Below are positions 60,689-64,000 of a stretch of DNA of 64,000 nt, in pieces. The notes under the pieces were generated by a model that saw only the letters and a list, made by a program, of their open reading frames with translations, had not been told where the DNA came from and did no database searches. This DNA is from Lingula anatina. Taxonomy: Eukaryota; Animalia; Brachiopoda. The translations under genes and the position numbers were made by a program. The stretch covers positions 16,368,001 to 16,432,000 of the forward strand of contig CM120645.1 in assembly GCA_051362555.1 (NCBI GenBank), given 5' to 3'. Within the stretch, counting starts at the first letter, position 1. The number at the start of each line of letters is the position of its first letter.

Positions 60689-62969
60689 CCAGTTGTAGAG
60701 ACTTACTTAATCCGAGTACGGTAATAGATTTCTCTATATTCTCCATTCGCTGGACCCACTTGGACATATCCGGATTAGGAGGTGTTTTCTTCTTCGCATC
60801 CAGCTGTAAAGATTTAATGGATTTCTCCATGTTCTCCATACACTGGACCAACCTGGACATCTCAGGTGTTGGGGGTATTTCGGCCGTCGCTACCTGATTT
60901 ACTCTCGGGTTTCCCTGACGACCCCTCCTTGGCACTGTGCGATCCATCACCTGGAACATTTGCTGATGCATTCTCACCAATCGCACTGCCTCACGAACAG
61001 TTGGAGGACTCCGCATATAAATAGCATGCCCCGCCTCCCTGTCCAATAAACCAGCACAAAATTGATTCACCGCCTGCATATCAGTGAATGATTCCGGCAA
61101 GCCCTCGTAAGCACGACCTGCCAGAGTTAACACACGATCAGCCCAGTCATCTAACAACTCATTAGACTCCTGAATTGAACTCTGGAAACGCGACTGTGCT
61201 GTAGCTGGTGTATCCCGCTCTCCGAACCGTTTCTCCAGTTCGTGCAGCAACACTCGTTATGTTAGGCCACCTACCCGCTGACTCAGTATAGCATAGTAGT
61301 CCTGAGCTTTTCCCCGCAGGCACCAACATAACCCATCGAGGGACAAGGCATCATCCCACTGTTCACGAGCTGCATGCCTGATAAATAAACTCTTAAATGC
61401 AGTCCAGTTACCACGCCCATCAAAGACTAAGTTTTTTGGTGGGTTAAACTTCCGTATTGGGGCGCTAGCTGTAGATTCCCATCCACCATCCTATGATCAC
61501 CATCGTGTCCTCCATTGACACCACTATATCCTCCCTGGACACCACGATGTCCTCCCTGGACACCTCTACCTCCGACTTCCATAGGGTAAGAAGCCTCATT
61601 AGTAGGAACTGGTTCCCAGGGTACATCAGCTCTCCTTTGAGAAATGACTGGAGCCTGGTATGGCCCCCCACAGTCATATCCTTGAGTGCTGATACCGGTA
61701 ACTGGTACTGGTTCACCATGGTCCGGTCTCAACCAGTCTTGTCTGAATGGCTCTAGAACCCGACCACAGTTTTCACGATTCGGTCCACCATGGCCCAGTG
61801 TAAATTCACCTGGTAGCTGTCCACCCTGCATATAAGCATGGCTCGGTCCATACTGATCTAGTGTGACCTGGTCTGGCTGCCACCCTGTTGGTCTGACATC
61901 ACGGTACAGTCCACACTGGTCTCGTGTGACCTCCCTTTGCTGCTGCCCGCCTTGCACACAAGCAAGACTCGGTCCACACTGGTCTCGTGTGACCCCACCC
62001 GGCTGATGCACATCTTGCATAAAAGCAAGATTCGATCCACATTGGTGTTGTGTGAACCCACCTGACTGCTGCCCATCTTGCATATAAACAAGACTAGGTC
62101 CACACTGGTCCCGTGTGACCACACCTGGCTGCATATTTACATGTCTGACCCCACTAGTCGGTCCATCATGGCCTTGTGTGAATGGACCTGGCTGATACAC
62201 TGCACCATAATTTTCATGACTCCCTCTGGTGAAAGTTGGGACTGGCTCTGTTTTCCAGTGTACAGTAGCCTGTCGCACTTGGCTGGTTTCTCTATTCCGC
62301 CCAGGTATACGCATATCATGAGTGAATGGAATTTTCACTACAGTATCATCCCCATGCCCTGGATTCTCGGGAATAGGACTTATTCCCCACGGAATTGTGC
62401 TTAACGTCCCTCTAGCTGACCCACGAGATTCCTGTCTGGAACCCACAGGAATCCCCCAGGTGCCTGGTTAACACCTGTCTGCTCCAGGTTTATTACCTCA
62501 TATGTTACTCGTCTCCAGTCTGTGTAGAAACCACCGTCTGCACTGAAGTGGAGACCATTTCCCTCATCCCCTCTCCTGTCTGTACAGGCGTGGAGACCAT
62601 GCGCCTCTCGTCAGCCCTTGGTACCTCACTCAAGGGTGACCGAATGGGTGTAGAAGTCCATAAACACCCAATCCCGAAACCCGAAGAACTGCTGGGCTCC
62701 CTTGACACCATTTTCTGATCCGCGCTGGTGTTACCTCCAGAGGCTTGCGGTACTGCAGAGAGGGTAGTATTAGGAGTAAAGTCCAATAACTCCAACACAT
62801 CATCAGTCAACTTTTTTCGAGTTATTAGTTGTAATAACTCCCTGGTGATTTGCCCACCATTTTGTCTCGCTGACACCATAGTTTCAGCTATTTTGTCACT
62901 AACACCCGGTATTAGTGACAGCTCCTGAACGTCAGCCGAGTTGACTTTAATGACATGTACATTCTCCAT
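60450..62969 (-). pseudogene. Gypsy gag (N-terminal HhH, repeat linker, capsid-like region, CCHC knuckle), disrupted
   Basis: MENVHVIKVNSADVQELSLIPGV...; LVFDGRGNWTAF; LEKRFGER; CFKCREKGHFIREC. Frameshifts near 62500 and 61445; in-frame TAA at ~61258. Confidence 0.85.
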
Positions 62970-63220
62970 ATTTAATATCAATATATATAAAAATGAAGAA
63001 CACAAACGACTATAAATATATTTTTATTGAAAATATATAAATATAGCCCCCTCTAGAAATAATGCACCCACAATTTAATTGTTACTTGCAAAATTTCTAC
63101 AAAACAGTAAAGTCTGCCTAAGCAAACCGCTGAATAAACTAGAAAAACAGCTATTTGTATGAAAAAACAAACAACTACTCGTTTTTAAACTTTTATTCAG
63201 CAACGTGGGCTCGTTGTTTT

Positions 63221-63231
63221 CGCTGCCACCA
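63221..63231 (-). other. Primer binding site, tRNA-Leu type
   Basis: Minus strand TGGTGGCAGCG 1 nt inside the 5' LTR end; complementary to the CGCTGCCACCA 3' end of eukaryotic tRNA-Leu(AAG/UAG). Confidence 0.8.
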
Positions 63232-63232
63232 A

Positions 63233-63513
63233 TATAGAAATCCCTTACGCTAATCAACTCTAGCTCCGGATATTTCTACTAATATTCTGCTTACCTTAGC
63301 AGTAACGAAATCCCTTTCCTATAGATAACCACTAGAAATCAGGATTCCAACCTCTCTCTCTATCTTGCGTCACAGATATGGCGTCGCCCTTTGTTCTCAG
63401 TGCTCCTCGCTGTAACCCACTCCTTACAGCTATCGAGTTACTCGCAAACTGACACTCAGCCTCGACTCGGATCGAGGCCAAGACAAGCCAAACACCGATG
63501 CTGGATCACTACA
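63233..63513 (-). repeat. 5' LTR
   Basis: 281 bp; reads TGTAG...CTATA on the element strand. Confidence 0.95.
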
Positions 63514-63538
63514 GTAGGCATATTTCGTCGCTTATATA

Positions 63539-64000
63539 CACTGTAAAAACAGTGTTAAGCTCCTAAACACATTTCTAAGCGCCTGTTTTGTCTCACTTTT
63601 TCCACGCGTTTAGCTCCTAACATGCTTAGCTTCTTAACACGTTTCACGCTTGTGTTTAGCAGTATGACGCGTTTGACGGCTTATAAATGTAGGGTGTATT
63701 TGTTTAACCTTTAGGTGCTAAGGGTTTCAACTGTTTTAGTCGCACACACGCGCGCACGCGCACACACACACACACACACACGAACTCACGGTCACTTTTA
63801 ACTGCTATAGTTATCTCTTTCTATAACAGGGTACCGTGAACTGTCAACATCGTTGACTTCCCACTATCATCTTTACAGCTGTACTTATTCATCCTTATGT
63901 TAGCTGACCTTGCGAGGAAGTTTATTGGAATGTATTTCTGAAAAGCAGGTTAGGAAAATTCACTAGTTCACTAAAGGCAAGAAACAACTATCAATTTTAC
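63539..64000. mobile_element. Probable left end of another DNA-transposon/MITE insertion
   Basis: Homology to the B-unit stops at TATA|CACTGTAAAAA; the other end is not visible. Confidence 0.35.

Larger units (their letters stand above)
55295..63513 (-). mobile_element. Full-length Ty3/Gypsy LTR retrotransposon (defective)
   Basis: Two 281-bp LTRs, TSD GTAG (55291-55294 / 63514-63517), PBS and PPT, gag-PR-RT-RH-IN order. Confidence 0.97.

Noticed and set aside
62505-63005. ComEA-like ORF as a bacterial gene or contamination
   Set aside because: It lies inside the LTR pair just downstream of the PBS, at the gag start.

Overview
AT-rich, repeat-dense eukaryotic DNA from an invertebrate; the SINE, Helentron and satellite types suggest a mollusc (inference). 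There is no prokaryotic content and no CRISPR array. One host gene can be reconstructed on the minus strand from 7 phase-compatible GT-AG exons (25064->2989, 888 codons, 3' end not found in the window). It encodes a mitofusin/bacterial-dynamin-like GTPase (GETSSGKS, DSPG, NRWD), a helical stalk, a hydrophobic hairpin and a degenerate protein-kinase domain. The right end holds a complete, young but defective Ty3/Gypsy LTR retrotransposon (55295-63513) with 281-bp LTRs differing at 2 positions, a GTAG TSD, a tRNA-Leu PBS and a PPT. Unusually, it carries a ComEA-like helix-hairpin-helix domain at the start of gag and a PHF2/PHF8-type PHD finger after the integrase. The rest is nested DNA transposons and MITEs (Tc1, Academ-like, Kolobok-like, Harbinger, a possible Crypton relic), an RTE LINE fragment, a tRNA-SINE, a Helentron-like element with a 144-bp satellite, and a local array of duplicated 'first exon + splice donor' units upstream of the gene.
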